Origin: Candidatus Woesearchaeota archaeon
Lineage (GTDB): Archaea > Nanobdellota > Nanobdellia > Pacearchaeales > GW2011-AR1
Assembly: GCA_964514585.1 (NCBI GenBank)
Contig: CAZETU010000002.1
Coordinates: forward strand, 129,486-193,485
Direction of reading: 5' to 3'
Length of the DNA: 64,000 bases
Of the stretch, positions 19,985 to 27,263 are shown in pieces (within the stretch, counting starts at the first letter, position 1; each line of letters starts with the position of its first letter). The translations under genes were made by a program, and so were the position numbers. Below the pieces are notes generated by a model, which searched no databases, was not told where the DNA came from, and saw only the letters and a list, made by a program, of their open reading frames with translations.

Positions 19985-20848
19985 TTAGGCAGCTGCTCTT
20001 TCTGCTATGGTCCTTATTGCATATGTTGCTACGTCTTGAGTTAATGGAGTTAAGTTTGCTGCGGCTGCGTGCTTTTCGTGTAGATCTTTCATTTCTTGTG
20101 TTAGTCCTGAAAGAATATCTGCTGTTTTAATCGCTGATAGTATTTTTCCCTTATTGTTCTTTTTTGCCATATCAATTCTTAGTTTTATTTTTTCTTCAAG
20201 AGATTCTTTTGCTGTGGAAAGCGCGTCTGCATGTTCTTTGAAATAGTTTCGTGTTGTTGTTATAAATTCTCCCGCTCCGTAGTGGAAAAGTGCGAGTGAT
20301 GCTCTTTCTTGGGCTTCTTCGTCTTCTATTCTTAAAAAGTGATCTGCGAAACGTACTATGTATGATCCCATAACTTTAGATTCATTTTTTATGGTTTCAG
20401 CTATGAATGTTTCTGGGGTGTTGGCTATTGTCTCCCTGGTTTTCTTTGACGTTTCTACAACTTCTATTACTTCATTGTATTTTCTGTTGCCTCCTTCGAT
20501 TTTTTCTGTTGGACAAGATTTGTATCCAATGTTAATTTGATCTGGTTCTTTTACTTCTTTTGTTACACTATAGAAATGTTTGTCCACATAAAGAGAAAGA
20601 TCTTCCTGTCCTCCATTTAATCTAGCGTCTCTTCTGTTGTCTAGCATTCTTGTTGAGTGTTCTGAGGGGTTGTCCCCTGTAAACGAAGCATAATCTCTTA
20701 TGCCAGCTGTAGTTGTAAGATCAAATTTTTCTAATTTATCTAGACCTGTTGCTGTGTCTGTCAAGTTTTCAGGTCTATATTTAGGACTAGCAACTTTCTT
20801 TCCTTGTTCTATTGTTGTTAGACTTCCTAAAATTGTATCTAATGCCAT
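19985..20848 (-). CDS. hypothetical protein (287 aa)
   Basis: ORF track only. Confidence 0.5.
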   Translation of the reverse strand: MALDTILGSLTTIEQGKKVASPKYRPENLTDTATGLDKLEKFDLTTTAGIRDYASFTGDNPSEHSTRMLDNRRDARLNGGQEDLSLYVDKHFYSVTKEVKEPDQINIGYKSCPTEKIEGGNRKYNEVIEVVETSKKTRETIANTPETFIAETIKNESKVMGSYIVRFADHFLRIEDEEAQERASLALFHYGAGEFITTTRNYFKEHADALSTAKESLEEKIKLRIDMAKKNNKGKILSAIKTADILSGLTQEMKDLHEKHAAAANLTPLTQDVATYAIRTIAERAAA

Positions 20849-20932
20849 ACTAAATATAGTGATAAAGGGTATATAAACTTTTCTATTTGTTGTATCTGAT
20901 GAGGGGTAACAGATTTAGACAAATAAAAATTA

Positions 20933-23524
20933 TTAACTAAAAATATCTTCTGCTCTTAGTTCTTTGTTTTGATTTTCTTTGGGCTTTTCTTCGACAATCT
21001 CAATGTCACTTTTAGGTTCTTTGAATGGCTTGACTTCTGCATTTTCAATTTCTTCCATTTTATTTTTTATTTCTTCCATTTCGCCTATTGGTTCTATTTT
21101 TGATTCGTGTTGTTCTTGAGGTTCTTCTTGTGTTGGTTCTTTGGCTTGAGCTTCTTCTTCTAACCCCTCCATTAAGTTTATTTCTGGTTTTTGAATTTTT
21201 GCAATATTTTCAGAGGTTATTTCTGGTTTTTCTTGAGCTTCTTCTTGGATTGGCTCGGGTTCTGGCTCATTAATGTTTTCACCATTTTCTAATTTTTGGA
21301 CTATCCGTGAAATTTCGTGTGCGGCGTCTGCGTTTACTGAGATTGAGTCTATTCCTTGTTTGATTAGAAATTCGACCATTTCTTTTTTGGAACCAGCTTG
21401 TCCGCAGATTGAGGTTTCGACGTTTTGTTTTTTACATTCTCTGATTACTCTTGAGATTTGTTTTAGGACTGCCCAGTTCATTTCGTCGTATACGTATTGG
21501 ACGTCTTCGTTTCCTCGATCTGTTGCTAGGGTATACTGTGTTAGGTCGTTTGTTCCAAATGAGATGAAGTCGATTCCTTCTTCGCAGATGTCTTTGATTA
21601 GGATTGATGCGGCTGGAGTTTCTATCATGACTCCGAATTTGACGTTGTCGATTTGCATTTCTTGGAAAATTGTTTTTGCTTGTTTTACTTCGTCTGTTGA
21701 AATTACTTGTGGGAACATGACTCCTAACTTGTGTCCTTTGTCGGCTAATTCTTTGACGGCTTGTAGTTCTGCTTTTAGAATTTTTGGATGTTTTAGTGAA
21801 AATCTTATTCCGTGGTTTCCAAGCATTGGGTTTTTTTCTGTTTCTTTTGGGGCGCCTTCAAGGTTTGCATATTCGTCGCTTCTGATATCTGAAGTTCTGA
21901 CCCAGATTGGTTTTCCGATAAAGGCGTCTGCAATTTCTCCTAATCCTTTTTTTAACATTTCTTTATAGTCCTCTAATTTCCCTTCTTGTTCATAGGCGAT
22001 AGGGTGTTTGCCTGAATTGGCTATTATTCCTTCTAATCTTACGAGTCCGATTCCGTCAGCTTTGGTCCCGGCTGTTCTTTTGGAGAATTGTGGGAGGTCT
22101 AGCATGACTTTGATTTTTGTTTTTGTTTCGACTACTGGTAAGATTTCGACTTTTTTGTTTTGGGTTCGTCCTGTGAATACTTTTCCGTTGTATCCGTCTA
22201 CTGTTATTTCATCTCCGTCTTTTAGGACTTCGAGTGCGTTTTGTGCTCCGACGATTGCTGGTATACCCATTTCTCTTGAGACTATTGCTGCGTGTGCTGT
22301 GACGCCGCCTTCGGAAGTTACTATTGCTGAGGCTTTTTGCATTGATACGACCATGTCTGGGTTTGTCATTGTTGTTACTAAAATATCTCCTTGCTTGATT
22401 TTTCCTAGGTCTTTCATTGAGTGGATAATTTTTACTATACCTGAAGCGATTCCTGGCGAGGCGGCCATGCCTTGTGTTATGATTTGTCCGTCTAGTTCTT
22501 CTCTTTCTTTGGTTTCTTCTTTTAGGGTTGTTATTGGTCTTGTTTGTAAAATGTAGATATCGTCGTTTTCAATTGCGAATTCTATGTCTTGAGGGGCTTC
22601 GTAATGTTCTTCGATTTTTATTGCTAATTCTGCTAGTTGTTTTATCTCATAAGTTTTTAGGGTTCTTTTAGTTGATATTTCTGGAGTTAGTTGTATTGTT
22701 TTTGTAAGCCCGCCGGCTGTTCTCACGACTGCTAATTTTTTGTCTGAGATTTTTTCTTCTGTTATTTCTAGGTTTTTTGTGACTACATATTGATCGGGTT
22801 TGATTTTTCCTGAGACGATTCCCTCACCTTGTCCGAAGACTGCTTCGATTAATATTTCCTCGGTGTTTTTTATTGGGTGTTTTGAAAATATTACTCCTGA
22901 TTTGTCTGAGTTGACCATTTTTTGAACGATTACTGCGATGCTTACGAGGTCGTCGAATCCTTTTTTCTTTCGATAGTAGAGGGATCTTGCTGTGAAGATT
23001 GAGGCGAAGCATTGTTTGACTTTTTGGATTAGTTCTGGGTTTCCTTTGATGTTTATGTAGGAGTCTTGTTGTCCGGCGAAACTTGCTTCTTTTGTGTCCT
23101 CTGCTGTTGCTGAACTTCTGACTGAGACAAAGACTGGTTCTCGGGAAGATTTTAGAATTGCTAGAGCGCCTGGTGAGTCTTGGAGTCCCGTGAGGTCTAT
23201 ATTGAAGTGGTCGTATGCTTCTATTATTTCTGATTGGAGTTTTGTGGGCATTTCTGCATTTATTATTATTTCTCTTATTTCTTCGGATCTCTCTGTTAAT
23301 TTTTCTGTTTCGTCAACATTGATTCTGTTTAAGAGTTCTCTGATTTGACCCTGAATTTTTGTTTCTTTTAGGAAATATAAGAATGCGTCGGTTGTGATTA
23401 CGAAGGCTTGGGGAACTGGGAATTTTGCTCTGAACATTTCGCCGAGGTTTGCGCCTTTGCCGCCTGCGATTCCAGTGTCTTCTTTAGATAAGTTTGAGAG
23501 CCATTTGATGTAGTTGTCACCCAT
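20933..23524 (-). CDS. ppsA: phosphoenolpyruvate synthase (pyruvate, water dikinase) with an ~100-aa acidic C-terminal tail
   Basis: GGKGANLGEM ATP-grasp start, phospho-His domain GGVTAHAAIVSREMGIPAIVG and the C-terminal PEP-utilizer TIM barrel (FISFGTNDLTQ). A TTTATATA box lies about 27 nt upstream of the ATG. Confidence 0.9.
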   Translation of the reverse strand: MGDNYIKWLSNLSKEDTGIAGGKGANLGEMFRAKFPVPQAFVITTDAFLYFLKETKIQGQIRELLNRINVDETEKLTERSEEIREIIINAEMPTKLQSEIIEAYDHFNIDLTGLQDSPGALAILKSSREPVFVSVRSSATAEDTKEASFAGQQDSYINIKGNPELIQKVKQCFASIFTARSLYYRKKKGFDDLVSIAVIVQKMVNSDKSGVIFSKHPIKNTEEILIEAVFGQGEGIVSGKIKPDQYVVTKNLEITEEKISDKKLAVVRTAGGLTKTIQLTPEISTKRTLKTYEIKQLAELAIKIEEHYEAPQDIEFAIENDDIYILQTRPITTLKEETKEREELDGQIITQGMAASPGIASGIVKIIHSMKDLGKIKQGDILVTTMTNPDMVVSMQKASAIVTSEGGVTAHAAIVSREMGIPAIVGAQNALEVLKDGDEITVDGYNGKVFTGRTQNKKVEILPVVETKTKIKVMLDLPQFSKRTAGTKADGIGLVRLEGIIANSGKHPIAYEQEGKLEDYKEMLKKGLGEIADAFIGKPIWVRTSDIRSDEYANLEGAPKETEKNPMLGNHGIRFSLKHPKILKAELQAVKELADKGHKLGVMFPQVISTDEVKQAKTIFQEMQIDNVKFGVMIETPAASILIKDICEEGIDFISFGTNDLTQYTLATDRGNEDVQYVYDEMNWAVLKQISRVIRECKKQNVETSICGQAGSKKEMVEFLIKQGIDSISVNADAAHEISRIVQKLENGENINEPEPEPIQEEAQEKPEITSENIAKIQKPEINLMEGLEEEAQAKEPTQEEPQEQHESKIEPIGEMEEIKNKMEEIENAEVKPFKEPKSDIEIVEEKPKENQNKELRAEDIFS

Positions 23525-23570
23525 GTGTATTCTTAGGTCAAGGATTATATAAATGTTTTTGGGGAGATTC

Positions 23571-23685
23571 GTATGTTATGCAATATATATGTTGTGATAT
23601 AGTATATGCGAGTATATAGGTTCTTTGAAATAAAAAATGTATGTTAAGTATATAGTGTAATATAGTATATTGGAGTATATAGGTT
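23571..23685 (+). repeat. two imperfect ~50 bp direct repeats ending in ATATAGTATAT-NNN-GAGTATATAGGTT (orphan promoter-like modules)
   Basis: 23597-23622 atatagtatatgcgagtatataggtt versus 23660-23685 atatagtatattggagtatataggtt. The 13-mer GAGTATATAGGTT recurs at 56890-56902 within the TATA region of the gene starting at 56908. Confidence 0.8.
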
Positions 23686-23830
23686 TGGGCAGAAAAAAAG
23701 GACGGCTGCCTGACGGGGCGACATAGCTACTTTTGATGTCGCTTCCGGTAATGAACTTGATGTCTGTTGCGGTTGCGGTTGATGTTAGTGATGCGATGAC
23801 GATGGCTAGAATGATTGTAAGGTGTTTCAT
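23576..23830 (-). CDS. small secreted protein, probably truncated or fused at the block's left junction (84 aa as read)
   Basis: GAGGAG, then 6 nt, then ATG. N-terminal signal peptide MKHLTIILAIVIASLTSTATA. After about residue 45 the frame runs through a T7 tract into the AT-rich backbone repeats and simply translates them (PIYSNILYYTIY / PIYSHILYHNIY). Confidence 0.35.
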   Translation of the reverse strand: MKHLTIILAIVIASLTSTATATDIKFITGSDIKSSYVAPSGSRPFFLPKPIYSNILYYTIYLTYIFYFKEPIYSHILYHNIYIA

Positions 23831-23863
23831 GGTTTTCTCCTCTTCGAGTTTCGGACTTTTCGT

Positions 23864-23947
23864 TTACCAGGCAAACATACATATGATTGCCCAGATGGTT
23901 ATTACGGTAATAATTGCTATCCTGCAAGTTTCCTTCTTGTGATTCAT
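23864..23947 (-). CDS. micro-ORF, 27-aa single-TM peptide (MNHKKETCRIAIITVITIWAIICMFAW)
   Basis: Not in the track (<60 aa). AGAGGG, then 4 nt, then ATG. Hydrophobic core. Stop TAA at 23864-23866. Confidence 0.35.
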   Translation of the reverse strand: MNHKKETCRIAIITVITIWAIICMFAW

Positions 23948-24002
23948 TTTGCCCTCTTGCAAATTTTTTTGTGGGGTTGATAACGGCACATTACGACTTA
24001 CC

Positions 24003-24054
24003 ATTATATGGTATTAATGATAAATTGAAACATGTCGTTATGTGGGCTTGTCAA
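24003..24054 (-). promoter_or_regulatory. bacterial sigma70-like elements (exact TATAAT at 24008-24003, exact TTGACA at 24054-24049, spacing non-canonical)
   Basis: Both hexamers read on the minus strand between the 24063-24101 hairpin and the micro-ORF at 23947. They are 40 nt apart, so they cannot be one promoter pair. Confidence 0.3.
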
Positions 24055-24062
24055 TAAGGTAA

Positions 24063-24101
24063 GGCCCGCGAGCGGTGTTAGTGATGATTCGCTCGCGGGC
24101 C
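24063..24101 (-). terminator. GC-rich stem-loop just downstream of the 117-aa gene
   Basis: GGCCCGCGAGCG (24063-24074) pairs perfectly with CGCTCGCGGGCC (24090-24101). 12 bp stem, 15 nt loop. On the minus strand it is followed by TTACCTTATT. Confidence 0.5.
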
Positions 24102-24119
24102 TGATGTTGTGGGGGTGGT

Positions 24120-24473
24120 TTAGACTGTGACTGGTTTGCGACGGCGAGACTGGGTCGGTTCTCTGAGGACCGTTATCTTAACGCCACGTTCCTTCTGGAC
24201 GCTTCTGATTTGCCCGAGGGTTTTGCCGGCTCGGAAGTATGGGCCGTATATCTGGAGCAACTCTGTTGTAGCCGATACGGGTGGTTCATGTTTGGCTTCT
24301 GAGTTGTGATCTGTGGCCTGGACGACGACTGAGCAGTCTTCCCATGCTCTGAAAATGGGCATGTGCTCGACCTCCGGGTGGGTGGCTACTCGTTTTTTCA
24401 GGCATTCCAAATCTGTACTCACAATGTGTATGTTCCCGCTTCTTGCTACGAATATTTCTTTGATCGTTTCCAA
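24120..24473 (-). CDS. hypothetical protein (117 aa), TTG start
   Basis: AGGAG, then 8 nt, then TTG. Protein-like composition, unlike the overlapping 71-aa frame starting at 24501. Confidence 0.55.
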   Translation of the reverse strand: METIKEIFVARSGNIHIVSTDLECLKKRVATHPEVEHMPIFRAWEDCSVVVQATDHNSEAKHEPPVSATTELLQIYGPYFRAGKTLGQIRSVQKERGVKITVLREPTQSRRRKPVTV

Positions 24474-24479
24474 TTTTAT

Positions 24480-25436
24480 GCTCCTGACAATCCGTTAACA
24501 TTTCTCCTCCTCAACGTTTCATCTCAACGCAACACTTTTCTCAGAAACCTCCTTTCTGGCTATATTGCCGTTAGCGCTTGTGGGCCTTTCCACCTTTTAT
24601 TTCTTAAGTCTCTTACCCACCAGCTTGCCTTCCTATTTTTCTTTTTGGGTCGCCACCTTCTTCTTGTTCCTATTCTTTCCAGTGGCAACAACAACCCATG
24701 CTCCGACTCCTTACCTTTCATCACTCCATTCCTCCGATGTACTTCCTTTTCTTCTTTGAATCTTTTGAAAGCCCATGAGCGTGATATGAGTAGCCTCATG
24801 GGCTCATAGTGTTCTGGAGCTACTCTTGTCCTTCCTTTGCTATGCTACGCTGCCCGTGTTGCTCGTAAGGAAGCTGCCCTTCTTCGACAAGGTTCTTTCC
24901 TTTCCACCTCCCCTTTTCTGGTAATTTTTGGGGCAGTGTTATTTCTTCTCCTTGCCTTCAGAACTTCAATGAGTGGCGAGTTGCATGTTTTGCATCTGGT
25001 TGTTCTCGCCCTGTGTTCTCTTGTCCCGATGGGGCAATTTCCCTTTTCGTTCGAGCATTCTTTCAGCATAACTAGCGTCCTTTCGCATTCCGTTTCCATT
25101 GCGAGTTTTTTACGCTTTCTCTAGTGCAATCTAGCACTCTGTAGTGATACTCTCCTTTCTGTGCTCATTAATATGGCCGTTCACCGATTGGCCTTTTTTG
25201 GTTTTTTCTTCTTCGGATTCTTTCCGCTCCTAGCTCTTATTTCCGCTTTTGTCAGTGGTCTCTTCTTACACTTTCCTGACACTAGAGCTCCCCTTCAAAT
25301 CCGTTTTCCGTTCTAGTTCTCACTCTTAGTACAATCTAACACCCTTACAATTGACCTCCTTTCGTTATCTATGTTCTTTCTTGTTTTCACGTCCCCTTTT
25401 TGTTTACCTCCTTTCCGGGGTTGATGTTGATATGAA
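24480..25436 (-). other. ~0.95 kb purine-rich (gene strand) segment without a convincing ORF; carries four GAAAGGAG(G/A)-type motifs and a repeated TGTTA..GATTGT motif
   Basis: The plus strand is C+T-rich. ACCTCCTTTC occurs at 24547-24556, 25354-25363 and 25406-25415, and CTCTCCTTTC at about 25150-25159. See findings. Confidence 0.6.
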
Positions 25437-25512
25437 TCGGGGCGGAAGGATTCGAACCTTCGACCTCCAGCTTCTGCTAAGCTGACGCGCTACCAAACTG
25501 CGCTACGCCCCG
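25437..25512 (-). tRNA. tRNA-like gene with a 9-nt anticodon loop (isotype undetermined)
   Basis: Hand fold: CGGGGCG TA GCGC AGTTTGGTA GCGC G TCAGC [TTAGCAGAA] GCTGG AGGTC GAAGG TTCGAAT CCTTC CGCCCCG A. Every arm is canonical except the loop. Confidence 0.7.
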
Positions 25513-25568
25513 GGCTGCTGCGTTATGGTATGTTATTTTATTTGCAGCAGGTGATGCAGATGTTAGTG

Positions 25569-26027
25569 TTATTTTCTTGCTTCCCTTATCGTTAACTCGG
25601 TCATCTTGTATGTTTTGATCGCAATCAGTTTAGCTAAAGAAAGCGATCCGATGAGACCGAGAATGAAGATGTGTAAGGTGATATCTTTTGTGCTCTTGCT
25701 CTTGATTATACTTGGAATCTGGAGCAGCTCTTCTCCCATTCTTTGGTATATTGATGGGATGGACTCGGTACATCCTTGTATGGTAGCCATTAGTCCGTTT
25801 CCTAATCCGTTTATCCCGTTGATGGGGAATAGGATTAGGCTTAATAGTCCGACGAAGCAGAGCGTTCCGATGATTCCTTTTGGAAGCACTGATGCGATTT
25901 TCCACGAGATTATTATGTGAACAATCGCTGTTGCGACGAAGAATGCTTCCTGATTGATTTGTGAGAGTACAATCAGGCTCATGAGTGTTACCGCTGCCAA
26001 AACTCTCTTTATGTTCTCATTAGACAT
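25569..26027 (-). CDS. integral membrane protein (152 aa, about 4 TM)
   Basis: GAAAGGAAGAGG immediately before the ATG. Four long hydrophobic segments. Confidence 0.65.
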   Translation of the reverse strand: MSNENIKRVLAAVTLMSLIVLSQINQEAFFVATAIVHIIISWKIASVLPKGIIGTLCFVGLLSLILFPINGINGLGNGLMATIQGCTESIPSIYQRMGEELLQIPSIIKSKSTKDITLHIFILGLIGSLSLAKLIAIKTYKMTELTIREARK

Positions 26028-26110
26028 CCTCTTCCTTTCAAAATGGGGAAAAGGCGTCCGTGCCTGATTCTCAATCCGTTCCTATAACAACAACGAGAGG
26101 CAAAGAGAAA

Positions 26111-26512
26111 CTATTTCTTGCGCGCAAGGAAGTCCTGGGTGAGGGTCTGGATTTCCTCAGTAGACTTTCCTTGCTCGACGAGAGTCTTGATTAGGGAGGA
26201 TTTTGTTTTGACAATTTTCTCCCTGTGAGCCTGCTCGTTTCTTTCTTTCAAGGCCATTGTTTCTTGTGTGGCCTCGATGTGAGCCTGCTCGTTTCTTTCT
26301 GAGACGGTTCTGTTGAACCGCTCATTGGCTCTGTCGACCATTTCTTGTCCGCCGACAGCTACTTGTGCACCGGCGGTTTCGAGAGCAAGAACCTTGATGC
26401 CGTTTTTGTTGACTGTCAATCCAGAGAATTTGGTGCCTCCGGTTTGACCTGCGCAGCCAGTGAGGGCGGTGATTGCTACGAGTGCTACTGCGATGAGGAT
26501 TTGTCTTTTCAT
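26111..26512 (-). CDS. lipoprotein (133 aa) with a duplicated ERNEQAH segment
   Basis: Start moved to MKRQILIAVALVAITALTGCAG, a signal peptide with lipobox L-T-G-C. The longer track ORF (to 26572) adds an implausible leader. Confidence 0.65.
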   Translation of the reverse strand: MKRQILIAVALVAITALTGCAGQTGGTKFSGLTVNKNGIKVLALETAGAQVAVGGQEMVDRANERFNRTVSERNEQAHIEATQETMALKERNEQAHREKIVKTKSSLIKTLVEQGKSTEEIQTLTQDFLARKK

Positions 26513-26523
26513 CTTGTGAACCC

Positions 26524-26592
26524 TTAAGAATTGTTTCTTAGGTAGATGGTGATTAGCGTGAGGCCAATCCACAACAAAATGTCGTTTCCCAT
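26524..26592 (-). CDS. micro-ORF, 22-aa TM peptide (MGNDILLWIGLTLITIYLRNNS)
   Basis: Not in the track. GAAGGAGAA directly before the ATG, so the spacing is very short. Hydrophobic. Confidence 0.3.
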   Translation of the reverse strand: MGNDILLWIGLTLITIYLRNNS

Positions 26593-26665
26593 TTCTCCTT
26601 CTTTCCTTTGGGTTTCGTTTGTTCCCTTGGGTGCGCCGTAGTAAAAAGCATCACCTTTGAGATAA

Positions 26666-26749
26666 TGATAATAGAAGGAATCGAACCTCCATCTCCCCAC
26701 AGATCTGAATATGAAACGTGGGTGGCCCTACCAATTGGGCGATACTATC
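26666..26749 (-). tRNA. tRNA-like gene (84 nt) with a 19-nt anticodon loop / extended anticodon arm (isotype undetermined)
   Basis: Hand fold: GATAGTA TC GCCC AATTGGTA GGGC C ACCCA [CGTTTCATATTCAGATCTG] TGGGG AGAT GGAGG TTCGATT CCTTC TATTATC A. Confidence 0.6.
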
Positions 26750-26802
26750 TGCATACTTCTTCGTCATTTGGGTTATCTGAACGATGTTGGTTCAGAACGA
26801 TT

Positions 26803-27000
26803 CTAGCTGTTTCTCAACGAGAATGTTGCAGCAGCTAGGGTAATTCCTGCGATGAAACCAGGAACAAGAGCTTTTCTGATTAGTTCAAATCCCTGGAATA
26901 TATCTTGACCTACCGCTTTGCCTAGGTTGCAAAATGCAATCGCGCCAAAGAGTATTGCGATTGCGAACAAACTATATGTTACTTTTTGTTGCGTTCTCAT
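26803..27000 (-). CDS. small membrane protein (65 aa, 2 TM)
   Basis: GAGGAGGG, then 5 nt, then ATG at 27000 (MRTQQKVTYSLFAIAILFGAIAF...). The 131-aa track ORF's N-terminal extension looks non-coding. Confidence 0.55.
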   Translation of the reverse strand: MRTQQKVTYSLFAIAILFGAIAFCNLGKAVGQDIFQGFELIRKALVPGFIAGITLAAATFSLRNS

Positions 27001-27029
27001 TATGTCCCTCCTCGCGTTAAGGTTACTGG

Positions 27030-27224
27030 TTAATTTGTTGTTTTGCGAATCAGGATTCTTCTGATGACTAGGAGCGTTATTACTACTCCTACTCCAAGTA
27101 AGCTCCATCCTTCTTGTTGCATGAAGAGCTTTCTTGTGGCTTCTATTAGGAATATGGAAGCCGCTACTGTGGTTACTTTTGCCAAAACCTCCATCCACTC
27201 TTTTCTGTTTTGTCGTGCGGTCAT
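27030..27224 (-). CDS. small membrane protein (64 aa)
   Basis: GGGGAGAA, then 6 nt, then ATG at 27224 (MTARQNRKEW...). Two hydrophobic segments. Confidence 0.5.
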   Translation of the reverse strand: MTARQNRKEWMEVLAKVTTVAASIFLIEATRKLFMQQEGWSLLGVGVVITLLVIRRILIRKTTN

Positions 27225-27263
27225 CGGCGTTCTCCCCATTTAGTGATGGTTGGTGTTAACAAT

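Noticed and set aside
24286-24501. 71-aa ORF starting at the ATG at 24501 behind GAGGAGGAG, as the true gene instead of the 117-aa frame.
   Set aside because: Its translation (H/R/S/G/P-rich, no hydrophobic core) looks non-coding beyond the first few codons. The overlapping TTG-initiated 117-aa frame is protein-like. Only its first codons (MLTDC) are noted, as a possible leader peptide.
24560-25124. Track ORFs in the purine-rich tract: 79 aa and 84 aa on the minus strand, 148 aa and 95 aa on the plus strand.
   Set aside because: K/R/E-rich or L/F/S-rich compositions are what a purine/pyrimidine-biased sequence yields in any frame. None has a properly spaced RBS. The 84-aa frame has a C-x..C / CxxC hint but no start context. 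Kept only as part of a finding.
26666-26749. Interpreting tRNA-like gene 2 as tRNA-Sec (UCA anticodon).
   Set aside because: It has a 7-bp acceptor, a 4-bp D stem and a 4-nt variable region. The long variable arm and extended acceptor/D stems that define selenocysteine tRNAs are absent.
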